Below are positions 35,301 through 47,300 of a stretch of 64,000 bases of DNA, piece after piece. The notes under the pieces are model-generated. The model was given only the letters and a program-made list of their open reading frames with translations, made no database searches and was not told the DNA's origin. The position numbers and the translations under genes were made by a program. Positions within the stretch are counted from its first letter, which is position 1; each line of letters opens with the position of its first letter. Source of the DNA: Gekko japonicus (taxonomy: Eukaryota); NCBI RefSeq assembly GCF_001447785.1, contig NW_015167061.1:2059770-2123769 (forward strand), given 5' to 3'.

Positions 35301-38300
35301 TCCATCCTTCTTCTCCGTCAGAGTTAGCACTGAGGAGCCCATGCACGGCCCTGCCAGAATTCTCCCTCCTGCGCCCCTTCTCAAAGCGGGCACCACAAGG
35401 CTCCTTGGCGTATGCCTCCATACCTTCGACGGGTTCTCTAGCAGCGTGACGTGGAAGGAGACCAGTCCTGAGAAGTCGACATCGGGGAAGGCCAGCCCTT
35501 CCACGTAGAAAACAGCCTCTTGGTCTCTGCTGCCCTTCACCTCGCAGGAGGCGTTCCTCGGCCCCAGCACGGCCTTGTACTGGCTCACCTCCCTCCCCTC
35601 TGCAAAGCAAACACAGGGATTCCCCCACAAAATAACCTCTCCCACCTGGTCGGAACTGGGGGAAGGATCCCTTTTTGCAAACACGGGCAACCTTTGTTCT
35701 CATACGTACACCTAAGGAATTCAGTGCCAGAAGACGAAGCCACTAATCTAGGTGGCATTAAAAAACCCAGAGGACTTAAAAGTCTATTGAGGAAAGGTTT
35801 GTCAACAAGCAGTAGCTACCAAGGCTACATGGAGTTTCCATGTTTGGGAGCAGTATACCTCTGAATGCCGGACACTGGGGAGAGAGGAAGTGGAAGACCC
35901 CTGCCCTCGTGCCCCGTGGTGATGGAAACTGCCCTGAAGTCACAGCTGACTTGTGGCGACCCCGTGCGGTTTCCAAGGCAAGAGACGTTGAGAGGTGGTA
36001 TGCCAAGGCCCTGCTATTCCATGGAGGTCCCCCATCCCAAATACTGCCCACCCTGTTTAGCTTCCACGATCTAGCAAGATCAGGCTACCCACATCAGGGC
36101 ATTTGGCTCCTACTGGAAATTTAATAAAATAATATGGCGGACTAGGTGGACCTGATCCATCATCACTAGGTTGGCCTGATCCCGCAAGGCAGCAGCTATG
36201 TGGGGGAATGTGGGATGCTAGAAGAAGAAGAGGAGATCAGATTAATGCTCCACCCTTCACTAGAGAGCCAGTTTGGTGTGGTAGTTAAGTGCGCGGACAC
36301 TAATCTGGAAGAACCAGGTTTGATCCCCCACTCCTCCACTTGCAGCTGCTGGATGACCTTGGGCCAGCCATAGTTCTGTCAGAGGTGTTCTCTCAAGGAC
36401 AGTTCTGGAAAGAGTTCTCTGTCAGCCCCACCTGCCTCACAGGGTGTCTGTTGTGGGGAGGGGAAGGGAAAGGAGTTTGTAAGCCACTCAGATTCCGAGT
36501 GAAGGGCGGGGGATAAATCCAATCTCCTCCACTACCCAAAGGAGTCTCAGAATGGCTCAAAACAGCTGTGAAAGAAGAGAAGAGGAGATTGGATTTATAC
36601 CCCGCCCTTCACTCGGGGCCTCAGAGCGGCTTCCAATCAACTTTCCCTTCCCCTCCCCACAACAGACACCCTGTGAGGTAGGTGAGGCTGAGAGAGCTCT
36701 CTCTCTAGGACTGCCCTTGAAAGAACAGCTCTGAAGGAACTTGTGACTGACCCAAGGTCACACCAGCAGCTGCATCTGGAGGAGTGGGGAATCAAACCCG
36801 GTTCTCCCAGATTAGAGTCCGCGCACTTAACCACCACACCAAACTGGCTCTCCCGGATGCCAGCCAGGTGGACTGAGGAGAAACTTCTGTTTGTAGAAGA
36901 AAACTTCAGTGCCAAGGTCACATCCCCTTGGAGAAACAGGCCACGCCACGCCCTCTCCTTATGCAGGACTCGGCCATTTTTGTGAAGAGCAAAGACGCCG
37001 GGCGACCATGAGGCCAGAGAGCTCGGCAGACACTCACCCTGCGCCTGGAAGACCCTCACTTTGTCCTTCTCAGAGACTGAGACGTGGAGAACCAGCTGGT
37101 ACTTCTTGAAAATGTCAACAGGTCCTCGTGTTGTCAGAATCATAACTGACATGTCCTTGAGGTCTGGAGAGGAAATCAGACATCAGCTGCAGCAGGAGGC
37201 AACAGGGAAACGTCTCCCTTGCAGGGCTGCGGGCGTCTTAGGACTGGCCGTGGTCGGGTTTAATAGCCCCCCCGGGTGCGGAACCCGGTCCTCCCCATCC
37301 CTTTCTGGGAAAGGCTTTGGAGAATCAGGAAGACTCTGCTGACCAGTCCTGCCCCCCCCCCCCACAGGATTACAGTGAGCCTGACAAACGTGTGTCCACC
37401 ACCTCTCCAGGTGCCCGCCACCTCAACCAGCTCACAAAGTAGAAACACTACAGTGAAGTCATAAAAACGACAGCAGACAAACGATTGACGATAAGCCATA
37501 CAAATGGGCCACTTTTCCTGCCAGCAGTCCTCGAGGGTCATTACAAGCCCACGCTTTGTGTCATTTTGCAGAATGTGGCAAAACCATAATGTTCCAGTGG
37601 CCGTTTTTTAAAAGGAGGTTAGAACTGTAGCAGAAGGGGCCGGTTCAGCTGGGCACATTTATAATGGAACTGGATTGTAGTCCCCTGCAATGATTATTCT
37701 AGGTAATATCTGGCTTTTCCTGCATGATCTTTACCTTGTAATGCACTTTCTACTTTACCTTAGAGAGTTTGCTGTTTGCATTGTTTTCTAATCCTGTAAT
37801 CCTAGTCCTCTCGCATTGTTCATTAGTTGTTTTACAGCTAGATTCGAATCCAATCTCACTTCAGGGACCAACAAAATCTTCAGGATATAAGCTTTCCAAA
37901 GTCAAAGTTCTTCCCCCAAGAATTTTGCTGGTCTGTACAGTGCTACTGGACTCGAATCCAGCTCTTCTACCGCAGGCCAACACGGCTACCCTCTGGAACT
38001 ATCCGCATGGTTGTTTTATACTGTCGGACCGCACAGTTTGTATCCTGTAATCTGCCTTGAGTCTCAGCAAGACAGGTGGATGATGAATGACATAAACAAA
38101 TCCATAACTAAATCCCTTCAAATGGTTGCCTGTGTCCTTATGCTGCTGGGGTGATCGACACTATCCTGTGTGGTGGTGGTCTATAATTATCATGAAGGAG
38201 TGAGAGATGACGTGACTGCTCCACTCCTGGCTGTGGTACCAACTGAATAGCCCGTGGCCCTTCTTCTTGCTGGGGAGAGTGTGCACATCCCTGGAAACTA

Positions 38301-41300
38301 GCTCTCACTTTGAATGTAGCCACTGAAACGAGATCCTGGGTATGGAAAGAACCCTGTTAATCATACACATATACTGTGTTTTATTTTAATGAATGTGTTA
38401 CTGAATGGTCTGCTGACCATACAATAATAAAGCAGTCTGTCTAAGAAGCCATAAAACAGGCTATAGGAACAGCAGAAAGCAACATTTAGCAGCCCGAAGT
38501 GATGTTCGCGAGACACTCCTGTGGTTAAAACGGCTAAAACAGAAGGAGCCCCTCGGTTAGAAGTCTTGAGTAAAAAGAAGCGTCTTGGCCCGGCGCCTAA
38601 AAGAGAGTTTGGCGCATGCCAGGTGAGCCTCAGTGGAGAGGATATCCCAAAGGTGAGAGGCCGCCACAGAAGAAGCCCTGACTCTGGTCCCCAGCAGCCT
38701 CACTCCAGCAGGCAAAGAGGGCAGGAGGTGTGAGGAGGAAGGCCTTCTCTGGCAGGCTGGACAGTGCAGGAGGAGGCGGCCCTTCAGGGACCCCCGCCTC
38801 AAGCCCTTTCTGGCTTTAAAGATAAGAACCAGCCCTTGAACGGTACCTGGGGAAAACGGGCAGGTAGTGTAGGTCTTTCACGAGCGATGTGTGACCTCAT
38901 GCCCAGCCTGGCTGCCTCATAGAGAGAGTGTTACAATCATCTAAACTGGATGTGCTCAGAGTATGGATCACCATGGCTTTTTTAGGAATGGCCGTGACTG
39001 ATCTATACACCAAGGAATGCCACGGAGGAGACCTGATCCAGGATCAGCAACGTCCCTGAGCTATGAACCTGCCCCGGGGGCGGGGGGGGGGGCAAACAAA
39101 AAGCACACAAGGTTTCATGGCCTCAGGTGGTCACTGACCTTCTTCCGATTCCACCTTTTCATCTTGACAGTCCAGCCCCTGTGTCCGGGGCCTGTCTCTG
39201 TCGCAGTTCACCAAGAGGATGGCTCCTTTGCCTTCCGGGCCCCACGTCCACGTCCTCTGCAGAGGCAAAGATCAGTGGCAGGCAGGCCTGGCCGGCACAA
39301 AGACGTCGCGGCACCCCCCGCCTGCCACCAGGGCTTCCACGCAGCCTCCGCCTGTCACTTTTGGAGGGGGGGGTCACGAAAAACAGTGCCCCTCTCACAG
39401 TGGCTAATGGTCAAGCTGGTCTTTGCTGCTGGGAAGAATTATGCAGAGTTTGAACAAATCTGCATGAATCAACCGAGCTGAGCTTGCATGAGCCTGTTTA
39501 CAGGGAAGCGACACCACAAGGTGACGTTTCCCTGTTAATCGCCCGTCCTTGTAAATATGCTCAAATTCACACAGTGAAATTGAGCAAAAGCCCCAAGGAA
39601 TCCCACCACTGAAAATGGACATTGTTGTTCCTGTGGTCACAAAGGAAACACATAAGGGCTCCTCTGAGGCCCTCAAGCGCTCCGGCCTGCCTTGCCCGGC
39701 CGCTTTTACCTGGGTCCGCGCGCCCCCTGCTGCCCTTCCTGCCTTGCCTGGGGGGCTTATACCAAGGACTCGACTCCAGCCTTGACATGGTGCTGAACAA
39801 GATCGACAGACACCCCCCTCAGACTGACCCCTCCGATTCTACTTGCCCGGGGGTCCCAGGAAAGACTGGATTCAGGAGCCGCCTGCACAGGGGTCACCCT
39901 CGCACGTCAGCTGGATGTGGGGCTGGTGGCAAAGGGAATCCACAGAGCCGTGTGCCCTGGGACCAGTGAGCGAGCTCTGGCTAAAGCACTCCAAGACTCG
40001 GTCTTCTCTACCTTATCGGCAACTCTCTTTGTCACGGTTCCGGAGCGGCTTGAATCTGTATCCAGGGAGACCTCTGCAGAATGGTGAGAGGGAGAGAGAG
40101 AAACGTCTGTGGGCCCAAGGAACACGTTGGACAGGTGGGCAACATGTGTCTGTCACTCACATGTTAGTGTTAGCAAGGGGGGAATGAATCCCACCCTTGG
40201 TGGACCACCCACTCAGCAGTCGGCCCACCCACCAGCCTACCCCCGCACAACGGCTGCCTGGTGAATGCAGCAGGGAGGGGGCCGTGGGGCAGCTCCAGGT
40301 CCCCTCCTCACCCACCTGACTCTAGACCTCCCCTCCTCATTCCCCACCACCACCACCTAAATCCTTGACACCTGCAGAGGCACCTCCTGCCCCACCACCC
40401 ACCCCACAACACTCCATTCCCTTGTCTGATGAGTGCAGGCAGCCTTCCTGTCTTGAGGGGGGGGGTTTAAACCCCCTATCCTCCATTTTGGGGGGTTCAC
40501 ATCTTTCTGCAGACCTGGTGGGGTTCCGCTTTTTTCTGAACCTGGCCTCATTCTCTGGGTCTATCGATCCGCATGGGGCTGAGCATTACATCAAGGATCC
40601 CAGTACTGTGAATCCCCCGCTGCCCTGAAGCAAGGGAGGCCCTTGGCCCCCTCTGTATGGGTGGGATAATGCGTAGTGCTGTCCCGCTTCCCCCCCCCCA
40701 ACCATCTCCAGTGCCTGGCTTGGGAGCCACAGCCACAACTTGTGGCATGACAATGCTGCAGGCACACCCTTGCACAGAAGACCAAACTGGACAGTTTACT
40801 GAGTAGTTTTTCATCGTGCCCTTCCTTGAAGCAGCTCCATTGTGGGTGCCCCCCCCCCCCCGGCCGACTAAACCCTCGAAAAAACAAANNNNNNNNNNNN
40901 NNNCAGCACACATATGGTTTGGGGTTCAGGGGAGCGCTGGGGGGGGGGGGGGAGCTTCCAGTTTCCCTCCTGTCTCACTTTTGCTGGCAGAAATGGGGGG
41001 GGGCCTTTCACGCCCTTTCTCTGGCTTCATGTGCTGCAAGGAATGAAAAGCCCCCCCCCCATGCCCTGCTGTTTCTGCTGAGATGGAAACCAGAAGCTCC
41101 TCCTTCCCGCTCACAGCCCTGAACACACAAGTGCTGTTTAAGGTGAGTTCCCTTAATGTACGTCTGGCTGTGAGTCAGGATACGCACTCGTGACCCAGCA
41201 TGTGTTGGACATACCTACTGTGTATTTTAGCCCTTACTCCCCAGTAAGAGTGTTTAGGATTGCTGCCAGCAGTGGCTGGATAGGACCTCCGTCTTCAGAA

Positions 41301-44300
41301 GCCGTTCTGACCCACTGAATACCAGAGCAAAGTCTGAGTCAAGTGGCACCTTGAAGACCACCAAAGTTTTATTTGCAGGATCTTATGCACTTCCGCAGGG
41401 CCTGTAAGACGGAGCTCTTCCACCAGGCTTTCAGTTAGGAGCCGCCCACTAATACCACCAACGGCCACTATTACTATCTGCGGCATAGGCCGGGCTGCAG
41501 TGCAGTGCGATCGCGCTGCCGCTGAGTAGGATGTTCTGGCCCTCTATGGCACGCCATCTTGCCTAAACTGTACTGCGAGCACTTTAATTTGTATATTGTA
41601 ATTGATTGGTTGTTTAACCGGTTTTAAATGTTTATATGAATCTCGGCCCAGTGGGCCAAGTAACGTGAGCTGCCCTGAGCCTGCTTGCAGGGCGGGAGGG
41701 ATAGAAATGTGACAAATAAATAAATAAATACATGTATTCAGAGTCTAAGCTCTGGTGTGCAAAGCACACTTCTTCAGACAAAAGCTCATCCCTTGGATCA
41801 AACTCTGTTGGCCTTCAAGGTGCCTCACTGGACCCAAACTTTGTTCCGCTGCTTCAGACCAACAGAGACGCTCCCGCCTGAATTTTTCTCCACGGGACAG
41901 CAGTTACTGAAGGGGAGCAGCGGGGGCGGGGGCCTCTGCCCCCTGTTCCTCTCTTCGTGGTTCTTCAGCGCCACCCAGAATGGAAGCTGAGGAACTAGAC
42001 ACAGCCTGGATCCGGTCCCACTGGGCGCTTGCCTTCTGAAGCCAGACCCGGTGCCCACCAGGCGCCCCCTCTTCCTGTGCACCTCCTTGTGCTTTTCTGC
42101 TTGACCCCAACGGTTGCCAACTTACCTACGCAGGTGAGCTGGAGCACGGCTGTGGCCATGGGTGTCTCCTCATTGGCCTGGTAATACGAAATTGTTACCT
42201 ACCAAGAGGACACAATGCACTCATCAGTTACTCCAAACTACCGGCTGCTGAGTGCAAACCCCTGACGGCATCAGCTGAGATGGGTGTCAAATGTGGCTGC
42301 AGAAGAGCCGTGGCCCCTGCCATCTCTGGGGGGGGGGAAGCAGGGAGTACACCCATTATTCCATCTTTATCTCACCCTTCCTGGAAGGAGCTCTTCAGTG
42401 CCATCGCCTGGGAGGCAGGTGGGCCTGAGCAAGAGGCCAAAAATCACACGCTGGGTTTCATGGCTGAGTGAGGATTTGAACCCGGCCTCCCAGGTCAAAG
42501 ACTAACGCTCATCCCACACCAGTGCTCTCTCCAGGGTTATTTGCACCCTGGTAGAACTAGGGTTCCCAGTTTATGCTCTTAATGTAGAAAAAGGTAAAGG
42601 TTTCCCTTGCTCAAAAGCCAGTCGAATCTGACTCTAGGGGATGGTGCTCATCTCTGTTTCCAAGCTGAAGAGTCAGCACTGTCCGAAGACGTTTCCATCG
42701 TCATGTAGCTGACAGGACTAAAGGCTGAGGCGCACAGAATGCTGTTACCTTCCCACCAAAACGGTCCCTATTTATCTCCTTGCAATTTCTTACTTTCGAA
42801 CAGCTAGGCTGGCAGGAGCTGGGGCCAGAGGCGGGAGCTCACTCCGTCACACGGCACCAGGGGCTCGAACTGCCGAACTACAGACCTTCCAGTCTGCAGC
42901 TCAGTGTCTTAACCTCTGAGCCACCACAGCTTAATGTAGAAGCACACTTTATTTCTTCACTGGGCACTTATTTTAATGGTTGTTTTAATGGTATTGCATT
43001 AAGACTGATGTCAACCGCCCTGAGCCCGCCTGCAGGGAGGGCGTTATATAAATCAAATCAATAAATAAATAAACGTTTAAAAAGAAATTCCCAAGCCTGT
43101 GCAATTCTCCAGATCTAGGTTCTGTTGCCCTTTTGCCATGTTATGGTTGGAGTTTACTGTTTCTTAGTGTCGTGCCATTCTTTTTTCTGTGATGGGCAGT
43201 TGTGACACCCATGTGCCAATTATGCCCTCAAACAGCCTCCTCCTTGTCATGGCCTCCCACACACAGACCCGCAAGGAGGGCAAGGCAAGCGAGGAACTGG
43301 CCCCCGGGGCACTAAGCGGCACGGCACAGGGGAAAAACACACACCTAAAACACGCACCTGCTCTCCCAGGCTGTCATGCCATTAGGGAAAGGGCACATTC
43401 CAATACATTCAAATCGAAGCAACCAATCAGCGGGGGGAAGGGGGGCCCCTCTGAAGATGGCTTTGTGGGCCAGGCCTGGCAGGCTTGCCAGCTCCCCCCC
43501 CCCCCCCCCCCGGGTCAATCTTAGCCTTCTTGGTGCTTGTCTTTCTGGACATTATATATTCCTGCTCAGGGGTCATTTCCTATGCGAGCGCACAGGAGCG
43601 GAGCTCAGGCAGTAAGGAGCCCAGGGGGCGGGCACATGCAACAAGCCCCACCCCCTGCTACCAGCAGCCCTCAGTCGGGCCACAAGGAGCAAGAAGCAGC
43701 CAGGTAAGTTGCAGAGCCCCCCCTCTCGCCCGCCTTCAGGTACAAGCTCTCCCTCCTCTGTGAGGGCAGATCTGCGTGTCCCCCCCCCCATAGCTAGCAA
43801 TCCAAAACTGTCCAGTGGCACCTTTAAGACCAAGCTTTATTCAGGTAGAAGCTCTCCCTCATCTGCACACTCCCCCCCCCCAGTAGCTAGCAATCCAAAA
43901 CAGTCCAGTGGAGCCTGAGCATTGGGTGTTGCCTTCTGACACACTTCTGGTGATGTCAGGGGGTGTGGCATATGCAAATAAGTTATGCTAGTGAGCTCCT
44001 GCACCTCTTTTGCTACGAAATGACCCCTGTCCCTGCTGGATATTAGGAAAAACTTTTTCACGGTCAGAGTGGTTCAAAGGTGGAATCAGCTGCCTAGGGA
44101 GGTGGTGAGCTCCCCTTCAGTGACAGCTTCCAAGAAGAGGCTGGATGAATATTTGTCAGAGATGCTTTAGGCTGGTCCTGCATTGGGCAGGGGGTTGGAC
44201 TAGATGGTCTGTATGGCCCCTTCCCACTCTAGGATTCTGTGATCTCCGCCGCCACCTTCCTCCCTGCCTTCAAGCTAGAGGAGTTTGCCCCCATTATTCT

Positions 44301-47300
44301 TAAAGGCATACGTTCTTTTCTGGGCCAAAGCCCTCGGTTGCTCAATGCCAGTCTATAGAAAGAGGGTGAGGCATATTAGACTAAGGAAAGATTGACAGGC
44401 TGGGTCAATGGAGTCTTATGGAATTTGTCGGCCAATCAGCGACTCACAAGGGTAGCAGAACCCGCTGCCCAGTGTCCAGTTGCAGCAGGGGAAACTACGT
44501 GAAGGCTGTGCTGGTGGGGCCAGTTTCGCCTTGCTGCTCTGGCAGGGGCTGGGCCTTCGCTGGGCTGTCTGGTAAGGAACGGGGCGGAAACAGGAGTTTG
44601 TGGCTGGTGACGATGAGCCATGGAGCAGATGGTCTCCTGACTCATCTGGCCTGACCTGGGAGAGAAAGAGGGCATGGTGGGATTGGGGGCTGGGGGGAGG
44701 AGCCATGTCTCAGTGGTAGAGGACCTGTTTGGCACGCAGAAGGTCCCGGGTTCAGAAAGACCTCTGCCGGAGACCCTGGTCTGACTCAGTATAGGCTTGG
44801 GCAGGAATGTAAAAAACAGCAAGCAATCCATGACATAAGAACAGAAGAGAAGCCAATGTTGGAGCAGGCCAGTGGCCCATCCATTCCACCACTCTGTCAC
44901 ACAGTGGCCAAAAATACCAGGTGCCTCCAGGAGGTCCAGCAGTGGGGCCAGGACACTAGAAGCCCTCCCACTGCTGCCCACCCCCCAAGCACAAAGAATA
45001 CAGGGCATCACTTGCCCTAGAGTTCTTATTTATTTGTTGTTGCCGTTGTTCAGTTGCACAGTCAAGTCTGACTGTTCAGGACCCCATGGACCACATCACG
45101 CCAGGCCCTCCTCTTCCGTTGTGCTTCTATACCTTGTGGCTAAGAGCCACTGATGGATTTCTGCTTCATATGCTTATCTAATTCCCTCTTGGAGCTGTCC
45201 AAGCTTGTAGCTGCCGCCACCTCCTGTGGCAGTGAATCCCATGTGTGAATCACTCTACATGTGTCTTTTTACTTTTTAAGGAAGAACATTTGATCTAGAA
45301 TGATGGTGAAGGAAGGGGGGTGGTTTGTTTCGTTGTTCTTTCTTCGGTAATTCAGGATGTGTGTGTTTGTGTGCCCCCCAGCCCCACCAGCCACCACTGC
45401 AGCCAAGTGTTGCGCATGTCAGACTTTGCGTGGCGTCATCGTGGATGGCCGTGGTCCTGCACTGCCTGCCCCTTACGCTTCCTGCCATTTTCGAGAAGAG
45501 CCGCTGGTTTTCTTGTGTGGAACAGAAATGGTTAAGATCGTTCGGAAGGAATGGTGTCGCTCTGAATAGCGAGGCAAGGTGTAGCACGGGCAACCAGGGG
45601 CCGTCAACGCAAAGTCTGACCCAATAATATCAATCAGGCTTCATGGAAAGCCTATCAACAAAACCATCATTCAAGTTTACGCCCCAGCTATAGCTGCTGA
45701 GGAGGAAGACATCAGAAGCTTTTATGCAAGTGTCCAGGAAGAAATTGATCGTGTACCTAAAGGAGATGTGCCGATGGCCATAGGCGACTGGAATGTGGAA
45801 GCAGGAAAGGACGCAGAACCAAAGCAAAGCCGCGTCCCCCGTCCCCACTTACTTTCCATGGCTGCAACTGGACACTGGGCAGTGGGTTCTTGTTATCTAC
45901 ATGGACCGCCCCCAGGGGTCCGCAGCTAAGCAGGAGCTTGGTCCCCAAACACAAAGGGGACCTAGGGATCCCAGTCCACCTAGAGTCCACCAATAGCACC
46001 CTTGGCGGGAGATTCAAAACCTCCAATGAGGACAGAGGTGTGCTGGGTGGGAGTGTATAGAGTTGGCCTTGCAGGGCCGTTTTTCCTTGTCTTGTTGTGA
46101 AGTACAATAAACGCGTCTGAACACATTTCGTAGCCCGAGTTCTCCACGCGTCGAACCCAGTACTTTTCAGGGATGCTGCTCCATGCCAGTCTCTGATTGC
46201 GCCATAAATTCCATAAGAATCCACTTACCCCGCCTGTCAATCTTTCCTTATTTTAATAGGCCCCGCCCTCTTTCTATAGTCTTGCATTGAGCAGGCACGG
46301 GGCTTTGGCCCAGAAAAGATTCCGTGGGGAGAAAAACTCTCTGGCTTGAGGGCAGGGAGGAGGTTGGCTGTGGTCCGGAAAGAGAAGCAGGGAAGAAGAG
46401 GAAGAAGGGAGCAAGCCCCGGCCTGGCAGTAGGTCCACGAAGGCTTTTGCTCCACTTTTACGGTGGGGGGGCAAGGAGCTGAGTCTGGTGGGGCAGTGCC
46501 CCCTTTGCCATGGTGAACCACGACGCCCTCCCCACTTGGTTGGTTCAGTCTGAATGTATAAAAATACACCCCCTTCCTAAAGGCTGAGGGGGGGGGGCAA
46601 CAGTGGGAGGGCTTCTAGTGTCCTGGCCCCACTGCTGGACCCCCTGATGGCACCTGGTGTTTTTGATAATCAAAATAAATATCACCTGCTTCAAGAATCT
46701 CAGGCTAGCAGGTGAGGCACAAGCATTTCAACCACAGGAATAATATCTCATCATTGTCCACATTTATGTGCCGTTTTTCTAGAACACTTTCAAGGTGTCT
46801 CACGGTAAGCAAAGAGCAAAAATAAAGGCCATTCAAAATAACTATTAGGAGCTAAATTTTTAAAAAGCCAAAACATCTTTTTTTAAAAAAAATCCTGTCA
46901 AAAATTAACAGAGGAAAATGGGAAAAAAGAAGCTTCTATCATCCTTCCAAAATGCGAATAGAGGAGGATCCCTTCTTGTCTCTAAGGCGAGAGCCAGTCT
47001 GGTGTCATGGTTAAGTGCGCGGACTCTAATTTGGGAGAACCGGGTTTGATTCCCCACTCCTCCACTCGCACCTGGTTGGATGACCTTGGGCAGGACATAG
47101 TTCTGACAAGAGCTGTCCTTGAAAAAGAGCAGTTTCTGTCAGAGCTCTCTCAGCCCCGCCTACCTCCCAGGGTGTCTGTTGTGGGGAGGGAAAGGGAAAG
47201 GAGTCTGTGAGCCGCTCTGAGACACCTTTGGGTAGTGAAGGGCGGGCTATAAATCCAATCTCCTCCTCCTCCTGTTCTTCCTTCTTCTTCTTCTTTCTTC

